Below, one piece after another: positions 8,660 through 18,398 of a stretch of 64,000 nt of DNA. The notes under the pieces are model-generated. The model did no database searches and was not told the origin of the DNA. It was given only the letters and a program-made list of their open reading frames with translations. The stretch comes from a virus: positions 40,449-104,448 of IMG/VR virus record IMGVR_UViG_3300046474_000239. One strand, written 5' to 3'. Each line of letters begins with the position of its first letter. Within the stretch, counting starts at the first letter, position 1. The position numbers were made by a program, and so were the translations under genes.

Positions 8660-8790
8660 AGGTACTGGTTGAGCTTATAGACCTTTCGTTGCGGGTGGCT
8701 GGGATGCTGGCGCTGTGCGCCCTGGCCATACCCGAGAAGAACCAGACGGCACAGACAGTTCACGCACTGGCCGTCACCCTCCTGACCTGA
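8656..8790 (+). CDS. small hydrophobic protein (44 aa, TTG start; not in ORF track)
   Basis: AAGGAGG RBS, fills gap, stop abuts motif copy 5. Confidence 0.35.
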   Translation: MKVLVELIDLSLRVAGMLALCALAIPEKNQTAQTVHALAVTLLT

Positions 8791-8804
8791 TGCAATCAAT
8801 TGCA
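8791..8804. repeat. 14-bp motif copy 5 (TGCAATCAATTGCA)
   Basis: exact, immediately before GGAG RBS of 8816. Confidence 0.95.
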
Positions 8805-8815
8805 CGGAGCGAAAC

Positions 8816-9106
8816 ATGGCTAAGTTAGGGACCAAATACTTCACGCGGGGCAAGGTGATGATAGGTATCGCTGCCGAAGGCATTAACCGCCCGCTGATCC
8901 CCTTCGATCCACGGGTGGACAAGATTGACTACTGCGAACTGACCAAGAAGTGCGAGGGCATCACAGCCGTACAAGCTGAGGGCCTGTTTGCCGACCTGGA
9001 GAAACACTTCATGGGGCAGGTGGCTACCGAGTGGCTCAAGCTGCCGGGCTTCGTGGACCTGGCCGACACCCGCAAGATCCGTGTATTGAACGAGGAAGTG
9101 GCATGA
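8816..9106 (+). CDS. hypothetical protein
   Basis: GGAG RBS. Confidence 0.6.
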   Translation: MAKLGTKYFTRGKVMIGIAAEGINRPLIPFDPRVDKIDYCELTKKCEGITAVQAEGLFADLEKHFMGQVATEWLKLPGFVDLADTRKIRVLNEEVA

Positions 9107-9276
9107 GACAGTTCCAGCTCCACTACGACGTGGCGATCCTGATTTACACGCTGATCGCCGGGTACTTCATCTTCGCGGATCCGATGATCGACCGAGCCAT
9201 AGCCAAGGGGTTCTTCTTCCTGGCCTTCCCGCTCATCCTGTCGATCTACGTCCGCCCCAAAAAGGAAACCGTGTGA
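9103..9276 (+). CDS. small membrane protein (2 TM)
   Basis: GAGGA RBS; hydrophobic. Confidence 0.55.
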   Translation: MRQFQLHYDVAILIYTLIAGYFIFADPMIDRAIAKGFFFLAFPLILSIYVRPKKETV

Positions 9277-9638
9277 TGCAACTCCCCATCCCCAGAGAGA
9301 TCAGCGTGAGCCTGGACAGCGAGGGCTTCGGTGTTCGCTTCGAGAGCTTAGATGAAATGGCAGTCATCGCCCTTGCCAGCAACTACTCCCGCCGCAGCGG
9401 TCTGCGCCATGTGGGCTCTTGCCGCACCACCACCTGCAACATCACCCCGGAGCCAAGCAACGTCGAGGCAGACCTCGGTGTACCTTCCGCCCACTTCATG
9501 TTTTTGGTATCACATGTAAACCTGGAGTTCGCAGGCAACCGGGAGCCGGAGACCACCACGGTCTACCGCACCCTCACGTTCAAGGCAGGAACCGAGGAGC
9601 CTCAGTGGCTCTATCACTTCACCGTAGAGTTCAAGTAA
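9276..9638 (+). CDS. hypothetical protein
   Basis: TGATG coupling. Confidence 0.55.
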   Translation: MQLPIPREISVSLDSEGFGVRFESLDEMAVIALASNYSRRSGLRHVGSCRTTTCNITPEPSNVEADLGVPSAHFMFLVSHVNLEFAGNREPETTTVYRTLTFKAGTEEPQWLYHFTVEFK

Positions 9639-9648
9639 GGAGAACGAC

Positions 9649-9948
9649 ATGACCTGGTACAAATGGATATGGTGGCGTTTCGCGTGGGGCCTGAACTGGG
9701 GCGGCGAATGCAAGGACTGTCATGGCCGCTGGAAGGCGTTCGGCTATCTGAACATTCTGGTAGAAAGGCGTGTGTCGTACCCAGTGGGCGAGCCGAACCT
9801 CTACAAACAGGTCTACCATGAACTCCGCAATCGTGGTTTCAGCCACGATGAATGCGTGGACATCGCCGCCGACGCCCTTGAGGCATACGGCAGTCACCGG
9901 GCGCTGTCTCACAACCAACTCAACGACATAATCGAAGAGGTTTCCTGA
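9649..9948 (+). CDS. hypothetical protein
   Basis: AAGGAG RBS. Confidence 0.6.
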   Translation: MTWYKWIWWRFAWGLNWGGECKDCHGRWKAFGYLNILVERRVSYPVGEPNLYKQVYHELRNRGFSHDECVDIAADALEAYGSHRALSHNQLNDIIEEVS

Positions 9949-9950
9949 CC

Positions 9951-11147
9951 ATGAAGATCGAGAACGGCTTGTACATGCTCCTGGGGGCTGCCTCGGTGCG
10001 CCTGCATACGGGGGTGTTGGAGAACGGGGACGGCCCGCTCCTGACCTCCTGGCTGGGCACCTGCCGTAAGGATGCGTTCGACGTGGTAGGCAACGAAGAG
10101 TGGCCTAACCAGACGCAACCCGCGATCCAGCTAGGCCTTCACGGAGAGCACGGCATCGTGACCCTCCTGCACTCCCTGGGGTTGCTCGACTCCGCCAAGT
10201 CTACCGGCCACATCTACTACGACAAGGGCCAGTGGGTCGGCTACGACGAAGCAGGGCTGGAGTACTGCCGCGACACCAACTACCTGAAAGTACGGGCGGA
10301 GATCCACGCCTACTGCGAAGTCCTGGATGTGCCGCTCGATGGTCGTATCCCAGCCTCGGGCGAGACCTGGAAGCACTCCAACGGTAACGAGTATGTGATT
10401 GACAAGCTGGCCAACCAGTACAGCGACCGTGCAGAGTACCCGCCCACCGTGGTCTACCAGGGTGCCAACGGCAAAGTCTGGAGCAAGACGCTCCTGAATT
10501 TCCTGCGGAAGATGACCTACGTCAGTAGCCCCGAGCCAGTGGCGTGTGGCCAGTTGTCGATCCCCGGCCTGGACATAGTCGGCGTGCGTAAAGGCAACAC
10601 TTGGCCAGCCAACGAGGCGGAAGACAGCACCCCGCAGGCGGACATCGACCTGGAATACTCGAAAGGGAGCAAGCTCTGCGCCTCCAGCGACCGCATGTGG
10701 TACGGGGCGGTCTTGGTCAATGGCCAGACGATGGAGCACGCGGAAGAGCTGCGGGACATGGTAGTGGAAGGTCTGAAGGTCGTGACCGGCAACACCTGCG
10801 AGGAAGAAGGCTGCCCGCACTACGGCACCCCTCACGCGCACTCGAAGCCGTTGCAGCCGGTAGACCAGGATGGCGAACCATTTGCCCAGGATCAATGGTG
10901 GGTCACGGAGCTGGAGAACGTCCTTTACAGCCAGCCGGTCACCAAGGACCAGGCGCGGGCGTGCCGCGTGGCCCTGAACCTGGTGAAGTCGGTACTGCCT
11001 ATCACCGTGGTCATGCCTCAGATGGATGACGAGGCTAAGCAGAAGTTCATCGAAGCATGGAGCGCAGTTGATCACAGCAGAACCAAACTGATTGGCCTGG
11101 ATCCGCAGGATCACATGTACGACCGCTTCACCAAACAACCAGACTGA
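9951..11147 (+). CDS. mosaic multi-domain protein containing a DUF1653-like domain
   Basis: WKHSNGNEYVI...TVVYQGANGKVWSK. Confidence 0.6.
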   Translation: MKIENGLYMLLGAASVRLHTGVLENGDGPLLTSWLGTCRKDAFDVVGNEEWPNQTQPAIQLGLHGEHGIVTLLHSLGLLDSAKSTGHIYYDKGQWVGYDEAGLEYCRDTNYLKVRAEIHAYCEVLDVPLDGRIPASGETWKHSNGNEYVIDKLANQYSDRAEYPPTVVYQGANGKVWSKTLLNFLRKMTYVSSPEPVACGQLSIPGLDIVGVRKGNTWPANEAEDSTPQADIDLEYSKGSKLCASSDRMWYGAVLVNGQTMEHAEELRDMVVEGLKVVTGNTCEEEGCPHYGTPHAHSKPLQPVDQDGEPFAQDQWWVTELENVLYSQPVTKDQARACRVALNLVKSVLPITVVMPQMDDEAKQKFIEAWSAVDHSRTKLIGLDPQDHMYDRFTKQPD

Positions 11148-11160
11148 AAAGGAATCGGCC

Positions 11161-11655
11161 ATGTCAGCCAAAATTAGTCAATGCGGAAGATACCGTTGGG
11201 TGCTGACTCGCCGTGTAACCGGGCGCATCACCTCTCACAAGATCAAGCCAGGCGTTCTGCTCTGGGTGATGCTCAACCCGTCGACCGCAGATGCGGAAGT
11301 GGACGATGCAACCATCCGCAAGATCACAGGGTTCGCCCGCTCCTGGGGCTACCGTGAGTTCGTCGTGGTCAACCTGTATGCGTACCGTGCTACCGACCCT
11401 TCGGAGCTTCGCGATGTGCGGGATCCTGTAGGTGCGGAGAACGACGCCTGGATCTACGCAGCCAGCGTCCGCGCCTCAATGGTCATACTCGGGTGGGGAA
11501 ACGAGGCAGACCCCGCCCGTGCGAAGGCAGTGGTCGATATTCTCACCACCGACAACCCTGTCTTGTACTGCCTGGGTGTCAACAAGAACGGCTCGCCTAA
11601 ACATCCGCTGTACCTGAAGGGAACCAGCGTTCCTGAGATCTGGGAGGCAGCATGA
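11161..11655 (+). CDS. DUF1643 domain protein
   Basis: SQCGRYRW.L.R, WVMLNPSTAD..DDATIR, VVNLYAYRATDP, GSPKHPLY. Confidence 0.85.
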   Translation: MSAKISQCGRYRWVLTRRVTGRITSHKIKPGVLLWVMLNPSTADAEVDDATIRKITGFARSWGYREFVVVNLYAYRATDPSELRDVRDPVGAENDAWIYAASVRASMVILGWGNEADPARAKAVVDILTTDNPVLYCLGVNKNGSPKHPLYLKGTSVPEIWEAA

Positions 11656-11819
11656 ACCTCGTGCTGCTCGACACGCTGTTCGCGCTGGTCAAGATGCTGT
11701 ACTTCCTCAGCGCCTGGGAGGTGGCCACGTCGTCCGTGGCCATGATCAGCAAGCGCCAGTACATCCTGCCTATCCTCGCTCTCTGCGTACTGCTCGTCCT
11801 AGACCGGTACGTCCCATAG
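11652..11819 (+). CDS. small membrane protein (55 aa; not in ORF track)
   Basis: GGAGG RBS, ATGA overlap, hydrophobic. Confidence 0.5.
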   Translation: MNLVLLDTLFALVKMLYFLSAWEVATSSVAMISKRQYILPILALCVLLVLDRYVP

Positions 11820-11822
11820 CCG

Positions 11823-11836
11823 TGCAATTGATTGCA
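11823..11836. repeat. 14-bp motif copy 6 (TGCAATTGATTGCA)
   Basis: exact, intergenic, just upstream of promoter. Confidence 0.95.
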
Positions 11837-11842
11837 CGAGCA

Positions 11843-11880
11843 TCGGTGGTTCTGACTTCCTAAAAGCACAGCGGTATACT
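11843..11880 (+). promoter_or_regulatory. sigma70-like promoter
   Basis: CTGACT(11852-57)-17 bp-TATACT(11875-80). Confidence 0.55.
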
Positions 11881-11907
11881 CCAGGCACCAACCCAGGAGT
11901 AACCGCC

Positions 11908-12420
11908 ATGAACCCAGGAAACGGCTTTGTCCAGATTCGTTACGGCCTCGTAGAGCCGGGCGATAAGATCTACATCCCCACCATCGGCTCCCACGTAGAA
12001 GTGGAACAGGACTCGATTTTCCAGGGTTCCTCGGTTGCCGCCCACAAAGCGGTTTGGCGTGCGTCCCACAGGGTCAACGTCTCCCCCTCCTTTGCCAGCT
12101 CCACGGAGCGCTGCGACCACGTCAGCGAGCTGGACCATTGCGTTCTGCGCCAGGACGGCTACTACGACCTGCACCGCGTCGTGGTTGGCAAGGACAACGA
12201 GTTCGTCTACCTCCGCCCGGTGGCGCAGGCAGGGGCCTCGGGCCGGACCAGCACCACCACCAACAAGGTCTGCCGCCGCACTGGCAAGGCCTGGAAGTGG
12301 GACGAGACGGGCTGGACCGGCATGCCGGGCACCGAGCTGCGGGCGGAGGGAGAGATAGGTTTCCGCGTGAGCGCCCCTACCGCAGACCCAGTACGCAGCT
12401 CCGCGTTTTACGGTGATTAA
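11908..12420 (+). CDS. hypothetical protein
   Basis: AGGAG RBS. Confidence 0.6.
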   Translation: MNPGNGFVQIRYGLVEPGDKIYIPTIGSHVEVEQDSIFQGSSVAAHKAVWRASHRVNVSPSFASSTERCDHVSELDHCVLRQDGYYDLHRVVVGKDNEFVYLRPVAQAGASGRTSTTTNKVCRRTGKAWKWDETGWTGMPGTELRAEGEIGFRVSAPTADPVRSSAFYGD

Positions 12421-13264
12421 GATGACAGAACTTGAGTTTCGTAGGGTCTACGACTTCAGGCTGGCTTACGACCTCCTGATGGGCTTTACAGCCCCGCGTA
12501 TTTCAGGGTTTGGAGACCAAGACACCGCGCCAGACACTGACTCGGTGTTCTACACCCAAGCGAGGGATCGCCTTGTATGGCTCTTACTATCGCCTTACGG
12601 CCTTACGGTAAGAACAAGCCACCTAGCATTGAGAGAGCTTTACGACTTGTACGACGAAGCGTTACTGGCTGAGCTGCTCGTGCTGCGGGACATAGCACGG
12701 GAGGCTGCAAGACTGCGCCGCCAGGAGCGTGAAGAAATCACACCTGGTCGACCCTTCGCCCCGCCCCAGTCGAGCCCGGACTTCCGCAGGGTGGACCAGC
12801 AGCGCCGGGAGGAAAACAGGCAGCTCCGGGCGGAGGTAGCCCGCACCCGCCGAGCCGCAGACCCACCCCAGATCCGCAGAGGTAACGAGCTGCCTACACG
12901 CGGTCAACCCGTACCACCTGTACCCGTCGAGGCGGTAGACGCTGACTACGTCAGCCCGCGCACCAGGGCCGGGCGGATAGCTCGCATTAACAGGCAGATC
13001 AACTCCCTGGAGCAGGAGCACGAGGAGGACTACTTGCTACCTCCAGCAGAGCGCGCTCGCCGGGCGGGCGAGATGGTGGACCGATTGACCGAGTTTGCTC
13101 AGCAGCTCGAAGACCTGGGACACGACAGCAGCAAGATGAGGAAGAAACAGTCCAAGACCAAGAAGGTGACCGAGAGGACCAAACCTGAACCGAAACCAAA
13201 GGTCATCAAACGTCGACTCACTGTCGGCAAGAAACGTCCATCAGTGCCGCCGCACCAAGAGTGA
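12413..13264 (+). CDS. hypothetical Arg/Pro-rich protein with Lys/Arg tail
   Basis: long ORF, atypical codon usage in 5' part. Confidence 0.5.
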   Translation: MIKMTELEFRRVYDFRLAYDLLMGFTAPRISGFGDQDTAPDTDSVFYTQARDRLVWLLLSPYGLTVRTSHLALRELYDLYDEALLAELLVLRDIAREAARLRRQEREEITPGRPFAPPQSSPDFRRVDQQRREENRQLRAEVARTRRAADPPQIRRGNELPTRGQPVPPVPVEAVDADYVSPRTRAGRIARINRQINSLEQEHEEDYLLPPAERARRAGEMVDRLTEFAQQLEDLGHDSSKMRKKQSKTKKVTERTKPEPKPKVIKRRLTVGKKRPSVPPHQE

Positions 13265-13305
13265 CCGTGCGGTAAGCTGAACCCATAACCACGAGGAGCA
13301 ACACC

Positions 13306-13656
13306 ATGCCAGTAATGAACAACATCTCCGACGTGCTGACCTTCGTAGGCAGCCAGGACGCCCGCGCCGTGCCGATCAAGTTGCCTATCGGTTTCAACGA
13401 ATGGAGCGAGGCCAGGAAGCAGCTCGAAGAAGACAACGCGGAGTTTTTCACCACCGCCGACCCGGTCCCGGTTGACGCCCAGATTTGCGCGCTGTGGACC
13501 GAGAACGGCAAGCGCGGCTTCATGCTGGTCCAGGAAAACCCAAAGCGCTACATCTGCACCAACTGGCTGAAGAACCTGGTACAGCGCCCGGTAGAAGCCC
13601 CGATCCCTAACCTGATGCGTCACCAGATGCGCCAGGCCTTCAAAGGGAGCAAGTGA
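13306..13656 (+). CDS. hypothetical protein
   Basis: GAGGAG RBS. Confidence 0.65.
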   Translation: MPVMNNISDVLTFVGSQDARAVPIKLPIGFNEWSEARKQLEEDNAEFFTTADPVPVDAQICALWTENGKRGFMLVQENPKRYICTNWLKNLVQRPVEAPIPNLMRHQMRQAFKGSK

Positions 13657-14228
13657 TGGATAAGCCAGACAATGCGGTCTTCGAGACCTTGGGTCAGGCC
13701 TTCTCCACGGTGGCCACCTGGTTCATCGACTTCCGCCACCAGCACGTACACGCGGGGCTCAGCCTGGTAAACCAGGGCGATGCCTCGGAAGGACAGCTCG
13801 TGCACTGGGTCTGCGTCGAGCACTCGGACAAGATCCTGTACACCATCGCCCGCATTACGCCGATCAGCATGCCGCCGCTCGACGGGAGGGAGCGCTGGAA
13901 CTGGCGAGTGGAGTTCCGTCAGCCCGGCGAGATCATCTCTCTGGTATTCGATAACTACGCCCGCGCCTGCGGCCGGGAGCGGTACACCCGCAACGAGGCT
14001 ATCCAGGCCTTCGAGGACCACAACCAGGAGTTCCACCCAGGTGCAACGCTTAGTTTCACCGCCTCTGCACCGGGGCGCACAGTGGTACGGCGGAAAGCTG
14101 ACGAAGGGGCATGGCAGGTGGTTTGCGGGGTGATCCTCGACGAAGCCGTCATCCAAGGCCTCAAGATAACCAAGCACCCCCAGCGCGGGATCTTCGAGAA
14201 GGCCTTTGGCATCGACATCATAGGGTGA
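13653..14228 (+). CDS. hypothetical protein
   Basis: GGGAG RBS, coupled start. Confidence 0.6.
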   Translation: MMDKPDNAVFETLGQAFSTVATWFIDFRHQHVHAGLSLVNQGDASEGQLVHWVCVEHSDKILYTIARITPISMPPLDGRERWNWRVEFRQPGEIISLVFDNYARACGRERYTRNEAIQAFEDHNQEFHPGATLSFTASAPGRTVVRRKADEGAWQVVCGVILDEAVIQGLKITKHPQRGIFEKAFGIDIIG

Positions 14229-14231
14229 ACC

Positions 14232-14549
14232 ATGCAAGCGATTAAGCGAGCGTTGCAGCGTCTCAGGCTGGCCCTGGCGCCGGTCAAGCCTGTGAACAAG
14301 GTGGGCAAGCTGGGCCTGTGGGAGCGGGGCGAGGTGATGGACTACGGGGACTGCTTCGTAGCCCACATCACGGTCAATGGCACCCCAGGGGCGGTTATGG
14401 TGCGAGCCCCCACCAAGGCCTCAGCCGCAGCCCGCCGCGACCTGATAGTCCAGACGATGATGCAGGAATCCCGCGAAGAGGCGGCGGTGCAATTGATTGC
14501 ACGAACCTCCGGCGACGAGACCGTAAACCTGGTGAAGTCAAGTCAGTGA
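14232..14549 (+). CDS. hypothetical protein
   Basis: packed ORF; carries motif copy 7. Confidence 0.55.
   Translation: MQAIKRALQRLRLALAPVKPVNKVGKLGLWERGEVMDYGDCFVAHITVNGTPGAVMVRAPTKASAAARRDLIVQTMMQESREEAAVQLIARTSGDETVNLVKSSQ
14488..14501. repeat. 14-bp motif copy 7 (TGCAATTGATTGCA)
   Basis: exact, intragenic (VQLIA). Confidence 0.95.
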
Positions 14550-14619
14550 ACATGGGCGCGCGGGCGTCTATTAGGTAAACTTCTTGGTATGTTCACCACA
14601 ACAATTCAGAGGAAAGACC

Positions 14620-15408
14620 ATGGACCCCAAGGCCCGTCTTGAGAAGAACTTCGCATCTGCCATCGTGGGGATGATGGACCGCAGCTACTTTCCATCCACC
14701 CTGCTTTGGGTAGAAACCAACAACCCTCGCGTGCGCGGCGTCGACCGGGACTGGCAAGTCTTCCTGCATGGCGTGGAGAACGGGGCCAAGGCCTCCCTTG
14801 AGCGGATACAGCCCACGATTGAGCGTGGCGAAGACGCCGTTGTAAAGTGCTTCACGCACCTGGAAAACGCCCTGGCCAAGAGCGATGACCTGAGCGTTGG
14901 CGCCTTGGAGGACTTACTGGCTGCCCGCAACGTGATGACCGAGTACACCCAGTTCGTCTGGAAGGGCTTCTACAACGCGCTGAAGGACTGGGCATCGGGT
15001 GTACTGGGCCTACAGGTTGATCGCCTGGGAGCGAGCGCTGAGACGGAGACTGCCGCCCTGGCTGCGATTCTCATGGGCATACTTCAGCAAGACGCCTACC
15101 ACCCGTTCTTCGGATGGGCGCTGGCCACTTACAAGGATCGCCGCGACATCCACATCTCGGATCTGCGGGAGGTGACGGTCCAGTACTTGCGCACGCCTCC
15201 TACCGATAAGGAGATGTTGGACCTGCTCAACGCCATGAACGTACAGTCGGCGGTAGGCCAGTACCTGAAGTGGGCTCGCCTGGAGTACAAGGAGGTGAAA
15301 CAGAAAGTTATGGAGAAAAGCCATGGCATGACTCTGCCGAGGGCGGAGCTGTCTGAGTGGATCGCGACGGCGCTGTTCAACGAGGGCGAGGATGATGACG
15401 ACGAGTAA
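14620..15408 (+). CDS. hypothetical helical protein with acidic tail
   Basis: GAGGA RBS before ATG 14620. Confidence 0.65.
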   Translation: MDPKARLEKNFASAIVGMMDRSYFPSTLLWVETNNPRVRGVDRDWQVFLHGVENGAKASLERIQPTIERGEDAVVKCFTHLENALAKSDDLSVGALEDLLAARNVMTEYTQFVWKGFYNALKDWASGVLGLQVDRLGASAETETAALAAILMGILQQDAYHPFFGWALATYKDRRDIHISDLREVTVQYLRTPPTDKEMLDLLNAMNVQSAVGQYLKWARLEYKEVKQKVMEKSHGMTLPRAELSEWIATALFNEGEDDDDE

Positions 15409-15661
15409 ACGCGATAACCCTTGCAACGACCTTGACGACACAGTCAAGGAGATCCCCGAGTTCATTGACTTGGCGCGGGAGGTGTTGAAGGGGTGGGAGG
15501 CAGGTAAGACCTTCTTGCTACCCACCGTTGCAAAGGGCCTGCGTGACGCCTACGAGATGGGCCGCAAGGGCAAGCGACCGAAGGTCAAAGCTCGGGAGGA
15601 AGAACCCGAGGAAGAAGAGCAACCGACCCCGGCAGTGCGTCGAGTACGGCGAACCCGGTAA
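15392..15661 (+). CDS. hypothetical protein ending RRVRRTR
   Basis: overlapping start; acidic patch then Arg tag. Confidence 0.6.
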   Translation: MMTTSKRDNPCNDLDDTVKEIPEFIDLAREVLKGWEAGKTFLLPTVAKGLRDAYEMGRKGKRPKVKAREEEPEEEEQPTPAVRRVRRTR

Positions 15662-15681
15662 CCCATTGACAGGAGACACCC

Positions 15682-16101
15682 ATGAGCAATGAGCAAGAGT
15701 ATTCCCAGGTCCTGGCAGCGTTCGCGCCAGCAGACCGCCATGTACACGGATCGGGCGCCCTCCTGGATGCAGTATGCCGCTACATGGATACCGGCCTCCC
15801 CGACGTGGCCTACGCCCTGGCCAAGTCCGGCTCGTCCATCATGCAGCACGACGACGCCTTCGACTTCGAGAACAAGGACTGGACGGACATCTACCTGGAA
15901 GCCTTCCGCCGCGCCTTCTTCGACAAGGAGACCGCCCCGGACTTCGGTTGCGAGCACATCGCCAACAACCCGTCGATGCTGAAGATGGTCTCGGTCGAGC
16001 TGATCACCGAAGCGCTGTCGATCAAGGCTGTCGACGTGATGGACCCGAACGACCTTCCGGCAAACGTCTGCCTCTTCCCCGCCGTACGCACCAGACAGTG
16101 A
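15682..16101 (+). CDS. hypothetical protein
   Basis: AGGAG RBS. Confidence 0.6.
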   Translation: MSNEQEYSQVLAAFAPADRHVHGSGALLDAVCRYMDTGLPDVAYALAKSGSSIMQHDDAFDFENKDWTDIYLEAFRRAFFDKETAPDFGCEHIANNPSMLKMVSVELITEALSIKAVDVMDPNDLPANVCLFPAVRTRQ

Positions 16102-16108
16102 GGTCACC

Positions 16109-17158
16109 ATGGGCGTCCTGAATCCAACCCGCACGAGACTTTCGCCGCACTTCCTCCTGTCGGACATGATGGGCTGCAACTCGGTCTACGCCGAGGGATA
16201 CCCCAACGTGTTCAACAAGCAAGCCGGGTTCGACGAGCGCCTGGCAAACGGTAAAGCGCTGTGCGAGAACGCCCTGGAGCCTATCCTGGCGCTGATCGGA
16301 CCCATCTCAATTTCCTACGGGTTCATCTCGCCCTCGCTGTCCGACAAGATCGTCAAGTACCAGGACCCGCGCAAGCCAAGCCATCATCGGTGGGACTTGG
16401 GTGCAGCCGTAGACATCTGCCCGCATGCCTGGGTGCAGCTTCTGACCCCGGACGCCAACGTGGGCGGAGACTCACCAATCAGCTTCGCGCTGAACCACCT
16501 CCAGGACCTACAACTGAGCCGACTGATTACCTACAGCGAATCGCCCTACATCTGCATCGCCGTGAGCGACGAAGAAGTGCGCACCGGCAAGCCGCGTATG
16601 GCCTGGTACGAAAACCGGTACACCGGCAAGTCTGGGGTGAAGCCCGACTACCGCAAGTACCCGAACCAGGGAGCCCGCGACCGTGCGCTTGCCAGGCTCC
16701 TGGAAGACGGTATGGACTTCGACTGGGTAGGCAAGGGCTTCCCCACGTACCACGGCGGCGGGCGGAAGCAGATGCACCACATTCGCACCTCGAAGTACAC
16801 CATGATGACCGACTGGCTGTACGACGAAGAGTGGGTCACCGAAGGAGTGAAGAACGTCCCCAGCGTGCTTGACCCTGCGGTATTGGAGGCCTTCAGCCTG
16901 GCCGGTGAGGTCTATGACAAGCTGATCGAGATCACAGGTTTGCCGCGCTTCAGCATCGTCTCCGGTTACACTTCTCCGCGTAGCGCCGGATGGATCCCCA
17001 ACCACGACTGGCGCGGCGACACCATTGAGTTCGAGCTGGTCCCACCCGAGTACAAGAAGCCGGAGGAGATTATCCTGTCGGTACTGTTCGGGGGCTGGCC
17101 GAAAGACACCTACATCAAGGCGGTAGATGACCGCCTACTGATCACCATCGAGCGATAG
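16109..17158 (+). CDS. Peptidase M15-like (Zn D-Ala-D-Ala carboxypeptidase fold) protein
   Basis: RLSPHFLLSDM..., LEPI....GPISISYGF, SHH...GAAVDI. Confidence 0.6.
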   Translation: MGVLNPTRTRLSPHFLLSDMMGCNSVYAEGYPNVFNKQAGFDERLANGKALCENALEPILALIGPISISYGFISPSLSDKIVKYQDPRKPSHHRWDLGAAVDICPHAWVQLLTPDANVGGDSPISFALNHLQDLQLSRLITYSESPYICIAVSDEEVRTGKPRMAWYENRYTGKSGVKPDYRKYPNQGARDRALARLLEDGMDFDWVGKGFPTYHGGGRKQMHHIRTSKYTMMTDWLYDEEWVTEGVKNVPSVLDPAVLEAFSLAGEVYDKLIEITGLPRFSIVSGYTSPRSAGWIPNHDWRGDTIEFELVPPEYKKPEEIILSVLFGGWPKDTYIKAVDDRLLITIER

Positions 17159-17160
17159 CC

Positions 17161-18036
17161 ATGGTCAATTTACGTGAAGCACGCAGGCTCCTGGCAGGCA
17201 CCAAGAAGCCAGAGAAACCTGTAGAAGAAACCAAGGCCGAGATCAAGACAGCGGTCGCGGTGGCCGGTGCAGGAGTCTCCGTACTGAACTCCATGGTGCA
17301 GGCACGGATGAGTGAGCAGCTCATGGCCAACATAGACGACTGGGTACTCAACGGCGGCCAGAACGACACACCGCGCAACGTGAACCTACAGGACTGGAAC
17401 CAGCTCTTGAGTGAGCCCTCGCTGATAGCGCAACTGCAACAGATTGAGGTCACATCACTCTCCAACCCGCCGATCATTCAGCAGCTAGCGAACCGTGTGA
17501 TGGGGTTCGACCCCGCGCAGCCGGGCAGCGAGCGGACGGTAGTACGGGTACACACCACCAACACGCTGGCGCGGGCGATGGAGTCGGCTAGGTCGACCCT
17601 GACGGAGACCGCCGTAGAGGTGCAGGTCAGGCACATAGGCAGGATCAACGGGTTGCTGGACCAGTTCAATACCAAGTCCGAGCAGGCGCTACGCAGGGAA
17701 GGGATCACCAACGGCGGGGCGGGCGTACGCCCAAGGGACATGGTGCCCGGTAACAACGACCTGAGCAGCTTCTTCAGGCGCGAGGGTGGCCCGGACCACG
17801 TCGAGTCGATCCAGGCCGTTGTCTACTGGGGCTACGGAGACAGGCGTATCTGCATCATGGAGTGCACGATGGACGTGTATAACCCCCATCGAGGGACTGA
17901 TACGAACCAGGCGCTACTGGCCTTCAAGGTTCGCGATACTCAGAACTTCGGCATACAGCCCTTTCGCGGGTCGGCCAACTACAACGAGACGGTAGGATTC
18001 TTCATCTACCAGGCCCAGCAGGGAGGGCGCCTATGA
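17161..18036 (+). CDS. hypothetical protein
   Basis: 291-aa packed ORF. Confidence 0.55.
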   Translation: MVNLREARRLLAGTKKPEKPVEETKAEIKTAVAVAGAGVSVLNSMVQARMSEQLMANIDDWVLNGGQNDTPRNVNLQDWNQLLSEPSLIAQLQQIEVTSLSNPPIIQQLANRVMGFDPAQPGSERTVVRVHTTNTLARAMESARSTLTETAVEVQVRHIGRINGLLDQFNTKSEQALRREGITNGGAGVRPRDMVPGNNDLSSFFRREGGPDHVESIQAVVYWGYGDRRICIMECTMDVYNPHRGTDTNQALLAFKVRDTQNFGIQPFRGSANYNETVGFFIYQAQQGGRL

Positions 18037-18398
18037 TCAACCAGGAGCGCAAGAAGTTCGCACTCGCCCAGGCACGGAAGCCAAGCGATACCGGTGCAGC
18101 AAGGACTTTGGCCAGAACGGTTTTAGTTCATGCACCGAACGAGACTGGGTACTGCTATATTGCATTCAGCGAGGAGTTCCTCGCGTTCGTAGCGAGGGAG
18201 CTACCTCGGGGCCTGGCCCCATTTGATCCGGCGTTTATCCGGGTGAGTCACCTCGGCGACCTCTGGCAAGTCGAGGCGGTGTATGTACAAGACGGCACCA
18301 GCGAGATCCTTTGGCGCACGCCAGAGATCCCGAAGTGGGTGGGAAAACTGAGGAAGGAGAAGGTCGATGGCAGTGATACGGAGGCAACGAACGACTGA
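18033..18398 (+). CDS. hypothetical protein
   Basis: GGAGG RBS. Confidence 0.55.
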   Translation: MINQERKKFALAQARKPSDTGAARTLARTVLVHAPNETGYCYIAFSEEFLAFVARELPRGLAPFDPAFIRVSHLGDLWQVEAVYVQDGTSEILWRTPEIPKWVGKLRKEKVDGSDTEATND

